From NCBI RefSeq assembly GCF_006345805.1, contig NC_042999.1, forward strand, positions 85,498,001-85,562,000: a stretch of 64,000 nt of DNA, written 5' to 3'. This stretch comes from Octopus sinensis. Taxonomy: Eukaryota. The position numbers and the translations under genes are program-made. Below the pieces are notes generated by a model. The model was not told where the DNA came from. It made no database searches and saw only the letters and a list, made by a program, of their open reading frames with translations. Below are positions 11,920-24,550 of the stretch, piece by piece. Each line of letters begins with the position of its first letter. The first letter of the stretch is position 1.

Positions 11920-13232
11920 CACACACAAGATTTTTTTTCATACAATTGGATATAAATGCACAATATGATAGTAAAACTTTTGCTATACTAAAGTTCATTT
12001 ATATGTTTTAAAACAGACATTGAATCTTGAGAATATACCCCAAATTTTCAGCGAAGGAGCATAGGTGCTAGAATGTCAATTTCTGGCTCTGTTGAACCTT
12101 GCTATTCTGTTGAGAAATTATAGCTTAGGCTATATAAAAAATACAGTTTAGCTCACAGTTGTATATGCTGAATGGTAATGAACAGCCACATTATTCTGAC
12201 CACTCAAATGTCTAATGGAAGTTGCTCGTGAAGACCTGTTGAGGCAAGTGAAATCACAATCAAAATCAAATTCGCTGACATGACCAATGACAACACCGCC
12301 TGACTGGCACCTGTGCCTGTGGAATGTTAAAATCACCATCTGAGCGTGATCATTGCCAGGCCTGCTGACTGGTTCCCATGCTGGTGGCACATAAAAAGCA
12401 CCATTCAAGCATGATCGTTACCAGCATCGCCTTACCGGCACATGAAAAACAACATTTGAGCGAGGTCGTTGCCAGTGCTCCTGAACTGGTTCCTATGCAG
12501 GTGGCACATAAAAAACACCATTTGAGCGTGGCCATCACCAGTACCGCCTGACTGGCCCTCATGCTGGTGGCACATAAAAGCATCCAGCCATAGAAACTCT
12601 GCCAGATCAGATTGGAGCCTGGTGCAGCCATCTGGCTCGCTAGTCCTCAGTCAAACCGTCCAACCCATTCCAGCATGGAAAGCAGACGTTAAACGATGAT
12701 GATGATGATGATACAAAAGGCCTATCAAGAAATAGTGTAGACACGACCGTGTGGTTTAAAATTTCATTTCATACCTATACGGGCTCAAGTTTAATACCTT
12801 CTACCATAGCCTGAAGCTAATCAAGGCCTTATGAATGAATTTTGGTCAGCAGACATCATAGCTCACAGGAGGGATCTTCTTGTTTTTGAAATGGTATATT
12901 AATAATATGCTTTACAGAGGGTATCTACTAATAGAATGATCATGGGTGAAATGCCTTTGATCATAGATTTGGTTAATCAGAATTTATCTGGAGTTGAAGA
13001 TATTTTGAAGAATTTGTGTCCTTTTATGTGTCCCAGACCAGCAGTGCATTGTGTTCTTGTGCAAAGCACTTCATTCTATGTTGGTCCAGTCCACTCATCT
13101 GTAAATGGCATCCTGTTCACAATAAATGTTAGCCTGTCTACTTATCAACTGGGCTGGCAATGTTGGAAAGCTGCAACATTGCAAGGAAGAGCATTGTGAC
13201 CAGTGGTATATAACAACATCCTATTGTCTGGT

Positions 13233-13264
<32 letters not shown>

Positions 13265-13267
<3 letters not shown>

Positions 13268-14265
13268 ATTCCGAATTCCTTTTGCCAAGTCTGTCGTAAA
13301 CGAAGTGATTCCAAGATAGAATCTTTGAACTTTATCATCCGTATCTCTATTTATTATTATATTTATTAATTATTATTATTCTGATCCCCCTAGTCGCCCT
13401 GTTACTATTTCAGCCTCGCCTCGTTTTTGCATATTCTGATAATTCACTAGTTATCGTTATAGATATTAAGATCTATCTCCCTTACAGGGCTGATTAGAAA
13501 TTGGCTGCCGATTCTTCGCGGGTTTTCTCTTCCCTTCTCTCCCCCTCTTTTATTGTCTGTCTGGACTCCTCTCTTCCTACTCCTCGCCATGGCTATGCAT
13601 ACTTAAGCTAGAACCTGCTCATTCTTGATTCCGAATTCCTTTTGCCAAGTCTGTCCGTAAACGAAGTGATCCCAAGATAAGAAATCTTTGAACTTTAATT
13701 CATCCGTATCTCTATTTATTATTATTATTATAATTATTATATTCTGATCCCCCTAGTCGCCACTCTGTTTACTATTTCAGCCTCGCCTCGTTTTTGCATA
13801 TTCTGTAAATTCACTAGTTATCGTTATAGATATTTAAGATCTATCTCCCTTACAGGGCTGATTAGAAATTGGCTGCCGATTCTTCGCGAGGTTTTCTCTT
13901 CCCTTCTCTCCCCCTCTTTTTATATTGTCTGTCTGGACTCCTCTCTTCCTACTCCTCGCCATGGCTATGCATACTTAAGCTAGTAACCTGCCTCATTCTT
14001 GATTCCGAATTCCTTTTGCCAAGTCTGTCCGTAAACGAAGTGATCCCAAGATAAGAAATCTTTGAACTTTAATTCATCCGTATCTCTATTTATTATTATT
14101 ATTTATTAATTATTATTATTCTGATCCCCCTAGTCGCCACTCTGTTTACTATTTCAGCCTCGCCTCGTTTTTGCATATTCTGTATAATTCACTAGTTATC
14201 GTTATAGATATTTAAGATCTATCTCCCTTACAGGGCTGATTAGAAATTGGCTGCCGATTCTTCGC
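13265..14265. repeat. Tandem repeat, about 2.7 units of about 370 bp
   Basis: TTGATTCCGAATTCCTTTTGCCAAGTCTGTC restarts at about 13266, 13626 and 13999. Units are near-identical apart from 1-bp indels. Confidence 0.93.
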
Positions 14266-15127
14266 GGCGCGCCCGCCCTACCCACCCCCACCACCAATAC
14301 CGGATATCTCTATTTTGCTCCAACTATACCGGATGTCATTTCTCCCACCACCATTATAGGTGTCTACTCTTTGAACCCCCCTCTTCAATACGCTATTTCA
14401 CCATGCATTACCCCTCTCTCGATATCCTACGTTCTACTTGCCTAGTACCTGTCCTCTGAACCACCCCTCCCACTGGTGCTCCCCTATATTTCTGCACCCC
14501 CCCCCCCATAAAAAGCACCATCCGACGTGGCCGATGCCAGACCCCTCTGGCACCTGTGCAGGTGGCACGTAAAAAACACCCACTACACTCGCGGAGTGGT
14601 TGGCGTTAGGAAGGGCATCCAGCTGTAGAAGAAACTGCCAGACTAGACTGGAGCCTGGGGCAGTCCCGAGCTCCCCAGACCCCGGTCGAAACCGTCCAAC
14701 CGTGCTAGCGTGGAAAACGGACGTTAAACGATGATGATGATGATGATGATGATATCAATATATAAAGAATTGAGAATGTGTGTCAGTGTGATTTACTGAA
14801 ACTTGAGAACTACTCAACTGATTTCATTCAAATTTTACAACATACCTTACTTCGGGTCCATGCAGTGTCATGGGCCAAAAATATTTTGAACTGCTTGCCT
14901 AAAGTGATATCTTATCTCTTAATATACTGTTACACTAATTCAGTATTACATGTCAAAAGAGAAACAATAACACCGCTATTGTAATGTAAGATAATACTTT
15001 CAGTTTTAATAGTTTTACTATTAATACTTTTACTTTGTACATGATATATACAGAGTGAAACAATAGACATATACATGCATATATATATATGTATATATGT
15101 ATAGATTTATATGTAGATCTATGTGTA

Positions 15128-15162
<35 letters not shown>

Positions 15163-15177
15163 GTGTATATATATATA

Positions 15178-15600
15178 TCTCTTATTATAAAAGGCAGATT
15201 TTATCTGCCTCCCTTTGGGAGTTATACAAATCTACAATATAGGATTTCTTCAATTACAATTTACCTTGCATTTTTAAGAGTACAATGCATCGCGTCATGC
15301 CAGGTCCAGTTTTTAAAATTTAAACTCCAGTTAAGCAAAATTTACAGAAAACTCACATTCTGGTGTGTGTGTCAAATGCTTTTCTTAGTCTGGTTTACAG
15401 CACACGCAAACGCACACACACAGTGGGCAACGAATAAAATGAAAGTAATTGACTTACTGTAGTGAGTGATTCTTTCACTCTGCCTCCCACTTCCTCTTTC
15501 CACACAGACACGCAAATATATAAATAAAATTGTAAGCTAACGTGCGTGTGTGTGTGACGGTGCGTGTGTGTGTGTGTGTGTGTGCGTGAGTGTGTGACAG
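15178..15600 (+). mobile_element. Helitron-like 5' fragment
   Basis: Starts TCTCTTATTATAAAAGGCAG. Similar Helitron-like ends at 48870 (5') and 20390-20418 (3', GCAATGCCGGG...CTAGT). Confidence 0.45.
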
Positions 15601-16132
15601 GAAAGTTTTTTTAGAAGAATATAACACCTATATCCAAGTAGCAGAAAGATAAGACAGTAAGGTGTGATTTGAGGGAGATTTGGCTGCTATTTCTACCATG
15701 TCTAGCTGCCATGTAGGGGTCTCCCTCATAGGCTCATACATACATATATACATAGATAAGACAGTAAGGTGTGATTTGGGGGAAATTTTGCTGCTATTTC
15801 TACCAGGTCTAGCTACCATGTAGAGGTCCCCCTCAATTCTTTTATTCTTCTGCTTCTTCCAGCCATTGCTCTGTGGCCATGCTGGGGCAATGCCTTGAAG
15901 AATTGTAGTTTAATGAATCAACTCCAGTTTTATTTTTGTAAGCATTGTACTTATTCTATCTGTTTCCTTTGTCAAACCACTAGGTGACAGGGATGTAAAC
16001 AAACCAACATTCGTTGTCAAGCAGTGGTGGAGGACAATCACAAGCACAGACATGCACACACATACATGCATACACATATACACACATACATACATACATA
16101 CATATATATATATATATGTGTGTATATATATA

Positions 16133-16391
16133 TTGCAGCGTGGAAGGTGTTTGTAAGCCATTTAAGAAACACACAAAAACCGTTACATTCACTTCAACAT
16201 TTAAATTTAATTTGCCAAAATATTTTCGTCGCTTTGAGACCGCGACCTGTTCACTGACAAAAATATCGTGCTAACAGGTCGCGGTCTCAAAGCGACGAAA
16301 ACATTTTGACAAATTAAATTTAAATGTTGAAGTGAATCTAACGGTTTTTGTGTGTTTCTTAAATGGCTTATAAACACCTTCAACGCTGCAA
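16133..16391. repeat. Long near-perfect palindrome (arms about 119 bp, 21-nt loop), probably a MITE
   Basis: TTGCAGCG...CGCGACCTGTT (16133-16251) is the reverse complement of AACAGGTCGCG...CGCTGCAA (16273-16391) with a few mismatches. Confidence 0.92.
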
Positions 16392-16550
16392 CTGTTTTCG
16401 TTCCAGCACACAATCTCAGATCAAGTCACTTGCTATGCAAGTACATCTCTGTAACTATATATATATTTATATATATATATATGTATATGGTAAAAACAGT
16501 AAGATAACAAAAGAAAGAAATAGACCTCAATATTATGTAAATAGAGGAAA

Positions 16551-16943
16551 TCTTTATATATAAAAGTGAGGTTGTGTGTCTGTCTCCTACGATTTAGATT
16601 CCTAACTACTCCCACATTTTGCGGTGCAGTTTAACCAAACCGGGTATCTTATAGTCGTGATTCATATCGAGACCGTCTGGGTATTAGCGCGCGTCTACAA
16701 TGAGTCTACGATTTAAAAAAAATTTACCATCAATTTTTCCCATTTTTAATCCATTTTTGACATATATAAGGGAAGTAACTCTCTAAAATTTATTATTAAA
16801 TCTCAGAACGTAAAAAGCTACAGTAACACCCCTCCCCCTTTGTGGTTAGCCATATTGAGATGGCTATTATACTTTACATCTCTAAAAATGCTTATATAAT
16901 TATTTCCCTTACAAACCCGAGCAACGCCGGGCGATACTGCTAG
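16551..16943 (+). mobile_element. Non-autonomous Helitron
   Basis: A|TCTTTATATATAAAA 5' end; 3' CCCGAGCAACGCCGGG hairpin followed by CTAG|T. Confidence 0.75.
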
Positions 16944-16976
16944 TATATATATATATATATGTATAAGTGTGTTTGT

Positions 16977-17393
16977 GTGTTAAAATATCAATTTATTGAA
17001 TAGCAGTGGTGAATGTTTTAATGATTTTCTTTTCCAACTGATCTATATGTGTTATAATGCTGCCTCTTTACATATCATTTTCATTTTGAAATTTTTCAGG
17101 CTATGAAAACAGATGTTACAGTATTTAACATGTTATCATGAACTTTGCAGCTTGTTTGAATTGAAAGCAGTATCATGTTGACTATTTTCATTTGTTTTAG
17201 GCTTTTGTATTTGTTAATTATCATGCTGTTTCTTATAGCAGTGAGTGTATGTGTGTATTTATCTTTTATTTGTTTCAGTCTTTGGACTATAGCCATGCTG
17301 GGGCACCACCTTGAAAGGTTTATTTTAAAGCCTGGTACTTATTCTGTTGGTCTTTTTTTGCTGTACCACTAAGTTACAGCAATATAAATAAAC
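16977..17393 (+). repeat. Inverted duplicate of 21396-21829, carrying a frameshifted copy of the candidate 72-nt exon
   Basis: About 420 bp of high-identity reverse-complement match; 2-bp deletion (AACATATGTT to AACATGTT) in the exon copy. Confidence 0.9.
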
Positions 17394-17892
17394 CAACAGC
17401 ATGTTTCTTTTTACATATAATTATACATCATCATCATCATCGTTTAACATCCGTTCTCCATGCTAGCATGGGTTGGACGGTTCGACCGGGGATCTGGGAA
17501 GCCAGAAGGCTGCACCAGGCTCCGGTCTTATCTGGCAATGTTTCTACAGCTGGATGCCCTTCCTAACGCCAACCACTCCGTAAAAACAGATTCATGAATA
17601 TATACACACACACACAGACACACAACAGAATTTAGTTCCTGTTCAGATTTCTCTTCTGTCCACATACATTTCAATGCATGTGTGCACACCATTTGAGATA
17701 TATGCTATATACTTGTAATGGGAAAGGTGTAGCAAGAGATGTTGAAGTAGCAAATAAAATCGGCATGTGGGCGATGTTGAAGTAAAACAATGGGAAAACA
17801 TTGGATTGTAGTTGAAATAATTTATTTAAATGACACTTGCATTTACATGTTGTATACACCAAAAATCTCACTACATGACATTACCAACTTAC

Positions 17893-17928
17893 TTCAAGCT
17901 GGCCAAGAAGAAATTAACAGGGTAAATA
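17893..17928 (-). CDS. Candidate 36-nt exon (IYPVNFFLASL)
   Basis: Acceptor aacacag and perfect donor AA|GTAAGT. Only phase 2 is open, compatible with 8998-9060. Confidence 0.45.
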
Positions 17929-18454
17929 CTGTGTTGATATGATGAGTTAGAAACGGACATGTTTTGTGTCAGTGTGTGCGTTGGTCATTCAGTGGTGTCT
18001 GTTAATGTTTGGCGTCAGCTACTGTGCTGGGTATTTCATGCTGAATATCTGGTTCTCTGTTTGGTTGCTTAACTGGCAAAGTTACTTGCTGGCCATCTCG
18101 CCTCTGGTTATCTCTCTCTGCCATCCCTTGACGGATTGCTGTATTTATAATGGTCGTGACAGCTAGAAGGACAGACATACCACAGGAGAAATTCCTACCA
18201 ATGTAGGTTGCCTCCTGTCCACTTGAACCTTAAATGACATGGCTGAGGTCGTAGGTCAAAGGGAAAAACCATCCGTCATTTTTTGACAGGACAAAGACAT
18301 TTCTTTCGCACCTGTTTGGCCAGTGGTGGATCAGACAAGCGAGAATCCTTAGATTCGGTTTTGAATCTCGGCTCAGAAAAAGGAAGTGTTAGTTTTTACA
18401 TACTTATACACACATAGAACACACTCATAAATCAGCATACATCCTCACACACAC

Positions 18455-18507
<53 letters not shown>

Positions 18508-18557
18508 TGAGTGCGTTGGAAAGTGCATATTTAGTTCTTTTACTATTTCTGATATTG

Positions 18558-19048
18558 AAATATTAGTTAATAACCAAGAACATTTCATTAACAAACCTTT
18601 TTTTATTTTAATTATCATAAAACTAGGATATCACCTTAACAGTTCAACAACCGAGAGTTATCTCCTCTTGATTTTCTGATATTTATTGCACAAATAGAAT
18701 ATATAATTTATGGATTGTTTTCTTCCATTTACACACATAGCACTGTGTAACTTGAATGATTTAGCTATGTGAGCCACCATTATCTGATCAATGATACAAT
18801 ATTCTATTTATATAGATTTTCAAATATTAGTTAATAATCAAAAACATTTCATTAACAAACCTATTTTTTTTAATTATCATAAAACTGAGAACTTCAGTCC
18901 AACAATCAAGAGTTATCTTCTCTTGTTTTTCTAATTTTTTTTCTTTTTCTTTTCTATGCATTACTTCATTCGATGCACAAACATAATATATAATTTATGG
19001 ATTGTTTTCTTCCGTTTACACATATCACTGTGTGATTTAAATGATTTT
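18558..19048. repeat. Old direct tandem duplication, two copies of about 210-225 bp
   Basis: AAATATTAGTTAATAA...ACATTTCATTAACAAACC...TATATAATTTATGG...CACTGTGT occurs at about 18558 and 18822. Confidence 0.8.
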
Positions 19049-19379
19049 GGGCGAGACTTCCTTTTATACCCCCAACCCCACCTTTTTATTCATTCTTTTT
19101 TTTAATGTTTTCTACACAAATGGCGGTGCCCCAGCATGGCCACAGCTCGTGAGCTGAAACTAGATAAAATAAAAATAAAAAATAAAAAAAAATCCCGGTT
19201 TTCGGCTACGGAAAATACGAATCTGCAAAAAAAAAATTTATAAAAATCGTTTATTGACTCTTGTCGATCAGATGTACCTGAGAGGGGTAACCCTGAACGA
19301 ACTGAGAAAGTTTATATATAAAGCTATAAACTTTGTTAGTTCGTTCAGGGTTTAGTTGCCAGGTCTTCATAATCACAGC

Positions 19380-20185
19380 ATATCTCTAAAGGTCTCGGTC
19401 TCCGGTCATTCCCTCTGTGAGACCCAATGTTCGAAGCTCATGTTCACCACCTCATCCCATGTTAGTGTGGCACTTTCTCACACAGCTGTCCTCATTCATA
19501 CGTAACACATAACTATACTAGCGCAGTCATCTTTTGCACACCACAATTGAGGATTCCAACTTTTCTCTCAGGGTGCTCACACTCTTGTCATGTACGCACA
19601 CTGACATTACACATCCAGCTTCATTTCTTTCAAGCCTACACATTTCCTCGGCAGTCATAGCCTGTGTTTCACTGCAGTGTAGCATAGCAATTCGCACACA
19701 TACATCATACAATCAACCTTTCATCTTGAGCGAGAGGCCCTTAGATGCCAGCAGAAGTAGGAGCTCCCTGAACTTTACCCAGGCTATTCTTATTCTAGCC
19801 GCTACACTCTCAGAGCAATCACTCCCACTACAGACTTGGTTTCTAGGTAGCGGAAGCTATCAACTTCCTTTAGCCCCCCCCCGCCCCTAGCAGCATGTGA
19901 TGGAATCTGTTTTCTGTGCTTCTTCAGTGTTTATTGCCTCTGCGCATCTGCCACGCACAAAAACTATCTTCCCGGTTAAGAGGGGGCTGAGGACCGATCC
20001 TTGGCGAACCCCTACTTCTTCACTATACTCGTTGCCAATTGTCACCTTACTGGTAGCATCCCTGTACAGGGCTTGTATAGCTCTTACCAACCACTCGTCT
20101 ATCCCCAGTTTCTGCATTGACCACCAAATAAGGGATTAGGGGACCCTGTCAAAGGCTTTCTTCAAGTCAACAAAAGCCAAGTACA
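19380..20185 (-). mobile_element. RTE-clade LINE, reverse transcriptase fragment with internal deletion
   Basis: YLAFVDLKKAFDRVP, MQKLGIDEWLVRAIQALY, GVRQGSVLSPLL, then YDVCVRIAMLHCSET. Confidence 0.9.
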
Positions 20186-20417
20186 TGTGTGTGTGTGCGT
20201 CTGTGTTTGTACCCACCTCCATGACAACCGATTTTGCTGTGTTTACGTCCCCATAACTTAGCTGATTGGCAAGACAAACCGATAGAATAAGTCCTGGGGT
20301 CAATTTCTTCGACTAAAAACGGTGCTCCAGCATGGCTGCAGTTACACGACGGAAACAAATAAATCAATAAAAAACTAAGCCATTTTAATCTCAAGCAATG
20401 CCGGGCATCTCTGCTAG

Positions 20418-20470
<53 letters not shown>

Positions 20471-21635
20471 AATGGGGGGGGTGACAATAAAATTATTTAA
20501 ATCTATATAATTAGAATATTGTATCATTGATCCAATAATGATGGCTTACATAGCTAAATCATTCAAGTTACACAGTAGTATGTGTAAATGGAACAAAACA
20601 ATCCATAAATTATATATATATATGTGCATTGAATGAAGTAGAGCACAAGAAAAAAATATCAGAAACACAAGATAACTCTTGGCTGTTAAGATGATATCTT
20701 AGTTTTGTGTTAATTAAAAAAAAACTTGGTTTGTTAATTAAATGTTTTTGATTATAGACTAATATCTCAACATCAGAAATAAAAAAAAAACTGAATATGC
20801 ACTTTCTAACACACTCATACATATATATATGTGTGTGTGTGTGTGATGATGTATGCTGATTTATGAGTGTGTTCTATGTGTCTGTAAGTATATAGCATAT
20901 ATCTCAAATGGTGTGCACACATATTTGAAGGTGGTGGGTTTGGAAGGAAATGTCATCAGTTCACTTGCACACATGTGTTGAAATGTAAGTGGGGAGAAGA
21001 GAAATCTGAACAGAAACTAAATTCTGTTGTGTGTGTGTGTGTATATATTCATGAATTTGTTTTTATGTATAATTATAAGCAAAAAAAAACATTGAAAGAT
21101 TGCTCAATACTTTTCAGTGGAGTAACATTCTGATGAAAGTTATGTAATTAAAACTTCAAAGTAACTGCAGTTTTCTCTGTAAAAATTATATATACACATA
21201 TGTACAGAGGTATGGCTGCATGGTAAGAAAACTATTTCCTAAGCATGTGGTCTTGGGTTCAGCCCCATTGTAGTGCCTTGGACAAGCATCTACTATAGCC
21301 TCAAGCTGATCAAAGCCTTATGAGGAAACTGAAAGAAGCCTGTTGTATGTGTGTCTTATTTTTTGTCCATCACCACAGCTTGACAATGTTGTTGTTTTAT
21401 TTACATCGCTGCAACTTAGTGGTACAGTGAAAAAAGATCAACAGAATAAGTACCAGGCTTTAAAATAAGTGCTGGGATCAATTAAACCTATCAAGGTGGT
21501 GCCCCAGCATGACTACAGTCCAAAGACTGAAACAAATAAAAGATAAATACACACATACACTCACTGCTATAAGAAACAGCATGATAATTAACAAATACAA
21601 AAGCCTAAAACAAACGAAAATAGTCAACATGATAC

Positions 21636-21707
21636 TGCTTTCAATTCAAACAAGCTGCAAAGTTCATGATAACATATGTTAAATACTGTAACATCTGTTT
21701 TCATAGC
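21636..21707 (-). CDS. Candidate 72-nt exon (AMKTDVTVFNICYHELCSLFELKA)
   Basis: Acceptor gttgcag, donor GCA|GTATCA, phase 0/0, compatible with the previous exon. Confidence 0.45.
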
Positions 21708-22024
21708 CTGCAACTTTCAAAAGGAAAATGATATGCAAAGAGGCAGCATTATAGAATATATAGATCAGTTGGAAAAGAAAATCATTGAAACATTCACTAC
21801 TGCTATTCAATAAATTGATATTTTAACACCTCACAACACACACCAAATAAAATTTTGTAAATGTTAAGCAATTTATATGACCTCGAAACTTCAATAAAAC
21901 TCATGTCAGGAAAACAAAATATGTACCTGGTAACATGAAAAATAAATGAAAATAAATTTCTGTAGACAGTTTGAAAAATATCTATGTATAAAAGACAAGC
22001 TGTCACTCCAAAACTCACTCTCAC

Positions 22025-22115
22025 TTTCTCTCCCACCACCAACATAGTTTCTACATAGCAACTATGCATGATATATAATGTATTAAACAAAGAAATTTGT
22101 TTAATATTCTTTCTA
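22025..22115 (-). CDS. Candidate exon (RKNIKQISLFNTLYIMHSCYVETMLVVGEK)
   Basis: Acceptor tttgcag, donor AAA|GTGAGA, phase 2 to 0. Confidence 0.5.
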
Positions 22116-22812
22116 CTGCAAATGTACAGCAAAGTACAGTGGGTCATTTAAGTGTTTGGGTCTATGACAAGGAGCCATATTGATTATAAGATTATAAATT
22201 TCTGATTGGCATTAATAGCCTAAAACCCATTTATCCCATCCATCTGCTGTTTTCACATAAGGTAATCATTGAATTTAAGATACTGTGACTAGGGAAAACA
22301 AAATATATGGAACATCATGACTGGAATGTTTACAATCACAGATTTGCTCAATCAGGTATGATCTGCAGCTGAACAACAGCTGAACTACATCAATATGCAG
22401 ATAGACTGAGGATCATGAGAAAAATATACTTATGTCATTATTTGAAGGAATGCTATGAAAATCAGAGGGGGGAAAAGCTTCAGCAATACTGAGAACAACC
22501 ATTGAATTCATATAATTCATTCAGCATCTAAGATGTCCTGCTTGACAACTGCATATTGTCTCATCTTTGGCTAAGCTCAGTTAAAGCTAATTACCTTCAT
22601 CATCATTTTATAATGTTCACTCTTCCATGCTTACATGAGTCACACAGAATTTACTGAGGCAGATGTCTTTCATGGTACCAACAGACTTATTTCCAAGCAA
22701 GGTAATATTTCTACTATGGTCAGACATGTTGCAGTATATTGGAAATTAATGACGTTCAATTACAGCATCACATGATGTTAAGACAAGACACAAATATACA
22801 TCCCACCCCAAT

Positions 22813-22854
<42 letters not shown>

Positions 22855-24409
22855 ATGGGCTTCTTTCAGTTTCTGTCTACAAAATCCACTCAGATTTTGG
22901 TTGGCCAGGGGTTATAGTAGAAGACACTTGCCCAAGGTGCCATGCGGTGAGACTGAGCTCAAAATCACATAGTTGGAAAGCAAACTTCGTAACTACACAG
23001 CCACACTGTGCCTATATGTGAAAATAATATAAGGCTCACATCTGGGAGATTGAGTATAAAGCAAAAAATTATCTTAAAACCATTCATTGAAAGATTCAAC
23101 ACAGAAGTGTAAATACAAATATATATATATTATTCTATTTTTGATAAATTGCTTTTTATGAGAAATAATCTATCTGAATGGAAAGGTATTCTGTGTCTAT
23201 ATCATGTTTAACCTCATTCAAATATGTCTGCTAAATACGAGAGGTCAGATTTGATTTTAAACCCTTCAAAATGTGCACATAGAAATGTGTAGTACTGTCC
23301 AATTCCATTGCAAGAAAGTTGTAATTGTTAGCCAAATATCCAAACACTTTCATTCAGATATATACATACATGATATAATCAAATCATATTTTTATAGCTG
23401 TTTCAGACAACCAATGGCTGGTTGACAAAACCATGAATAAATTGCAAGGAAATCCTATACTGAATAAATATTATACGTATAAATAAAAGCAATGGAAAAG
23501 TATCAGTTAGTACAGATTTTGATAATCCCATGCAGCAAAGTGATATCTTTATACACACATACATATATCTATATATTTGTACACAGAGACACACATAAAT
23601 ATGTATCTATATCTGCAAACACACACAGATGAATGGCTGTGGTTAAGAAGTTTGCTTCTGAACTACGAAGTTTTGGATTCAGTCTGTGGTACTTTGGGCA
23701 AGTATCTCCTACTATAGCCTGGACTGACCAAAGCCCTAGTGAGTGGATTTGGTAGATGGAAACTAAAAGAAGTCTGTTGTGTGTGTGTTTCCTTGCCTAG
23801 ACATTGCGTGAGAGTTGTAAATGACTGTTATTGTCGCACAAGCAGTATCATTCACTTCCAGTATTCTATAAGAACACAGGTCATGGAGAAATATTACCTT
23901 GCTTGGAAACAAATGAATGCTGGCAACAAGAGTGCCTGACTGAAGAAAACCTGCCTTAACAATTTCATTTAACCCATGACAAGCAGGGAGAAGTGGTCAT
24001 TAAAACAGTAGTGATGATGATGATGACTGTGTCTACTTTCATATTATGTTGGTGCCTTTGCAGAAATGGATGTATATAATTCCAGTTGCACAAATTACAA
24101 ATAAAATGTACACATTCTTTAACTCAAAGCTCTGTGATTTTTATTTCTTATTGCAAACTATCTAAGACTGAACGACAGAATTAGTTGTCTTTATCTTTGT
24201 ACTTGAAGACATTTTTGTATTAAATAGAAGAAAATTCGTAAGTTAAATATCTTCCAAAGATACCACAAAGGGAAAGTAGAGAAAAAATTGTCACATAATT
24301 CAACAATTTAATTCATTCTGAAGCTGATTACACCAAGTGATTATCGAATACAACAGCTAGACAGATTTACACAGCAAAAGATGAATGTTTAAAATGGTTG
24401 TGTGAGCAT

Positions 24410-24550
24410 AACAAGTAAATATATAAAAATAGCTATACTTTATAACTTTACATAGTTGTAATGGTAAATATGATGAAGACAGCAGTGTAAGAAAACCATT
24501 ATAACTATGTAAAGTTATAAAGTATAGCTATTTTTATATATTTACTTGTT
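24410..24550. repeat. Palindrome (56-bp arms, 29-nt loop), TA-flanked MITE-like
   Basis: AACAAGTAAATATATAAAAATAGCTATACTTTATAACTTTACATAGTTGTAATGGT and its reverse complement with 1 mismatch. Confidence 0.9.

Noticed and set aside
13980-14060. Twister or HDV-like ribozyme in the 370-bp unit (TAACCTGCC...CCCAAG; CTCCTCGC)
   Set aside because: The required P3/P4 pairings and pseudoknot partners cannot be formed.
15097-15462. Short ORFs rich in YI/CV/HT repeats (also 15910-16274, 27617-28027, 30352-30737, 36394-36618)
   Set aside because: They are translations of (TA)n, (CA)n and (TATG)n microsatellites.
19277-19300. Third hammerhead (CTGAGAGGGGTAACCCTGAACG)
   Set aside because: The core lacks a base of CUGANGA, GAAA is broken, and there is no stem I.
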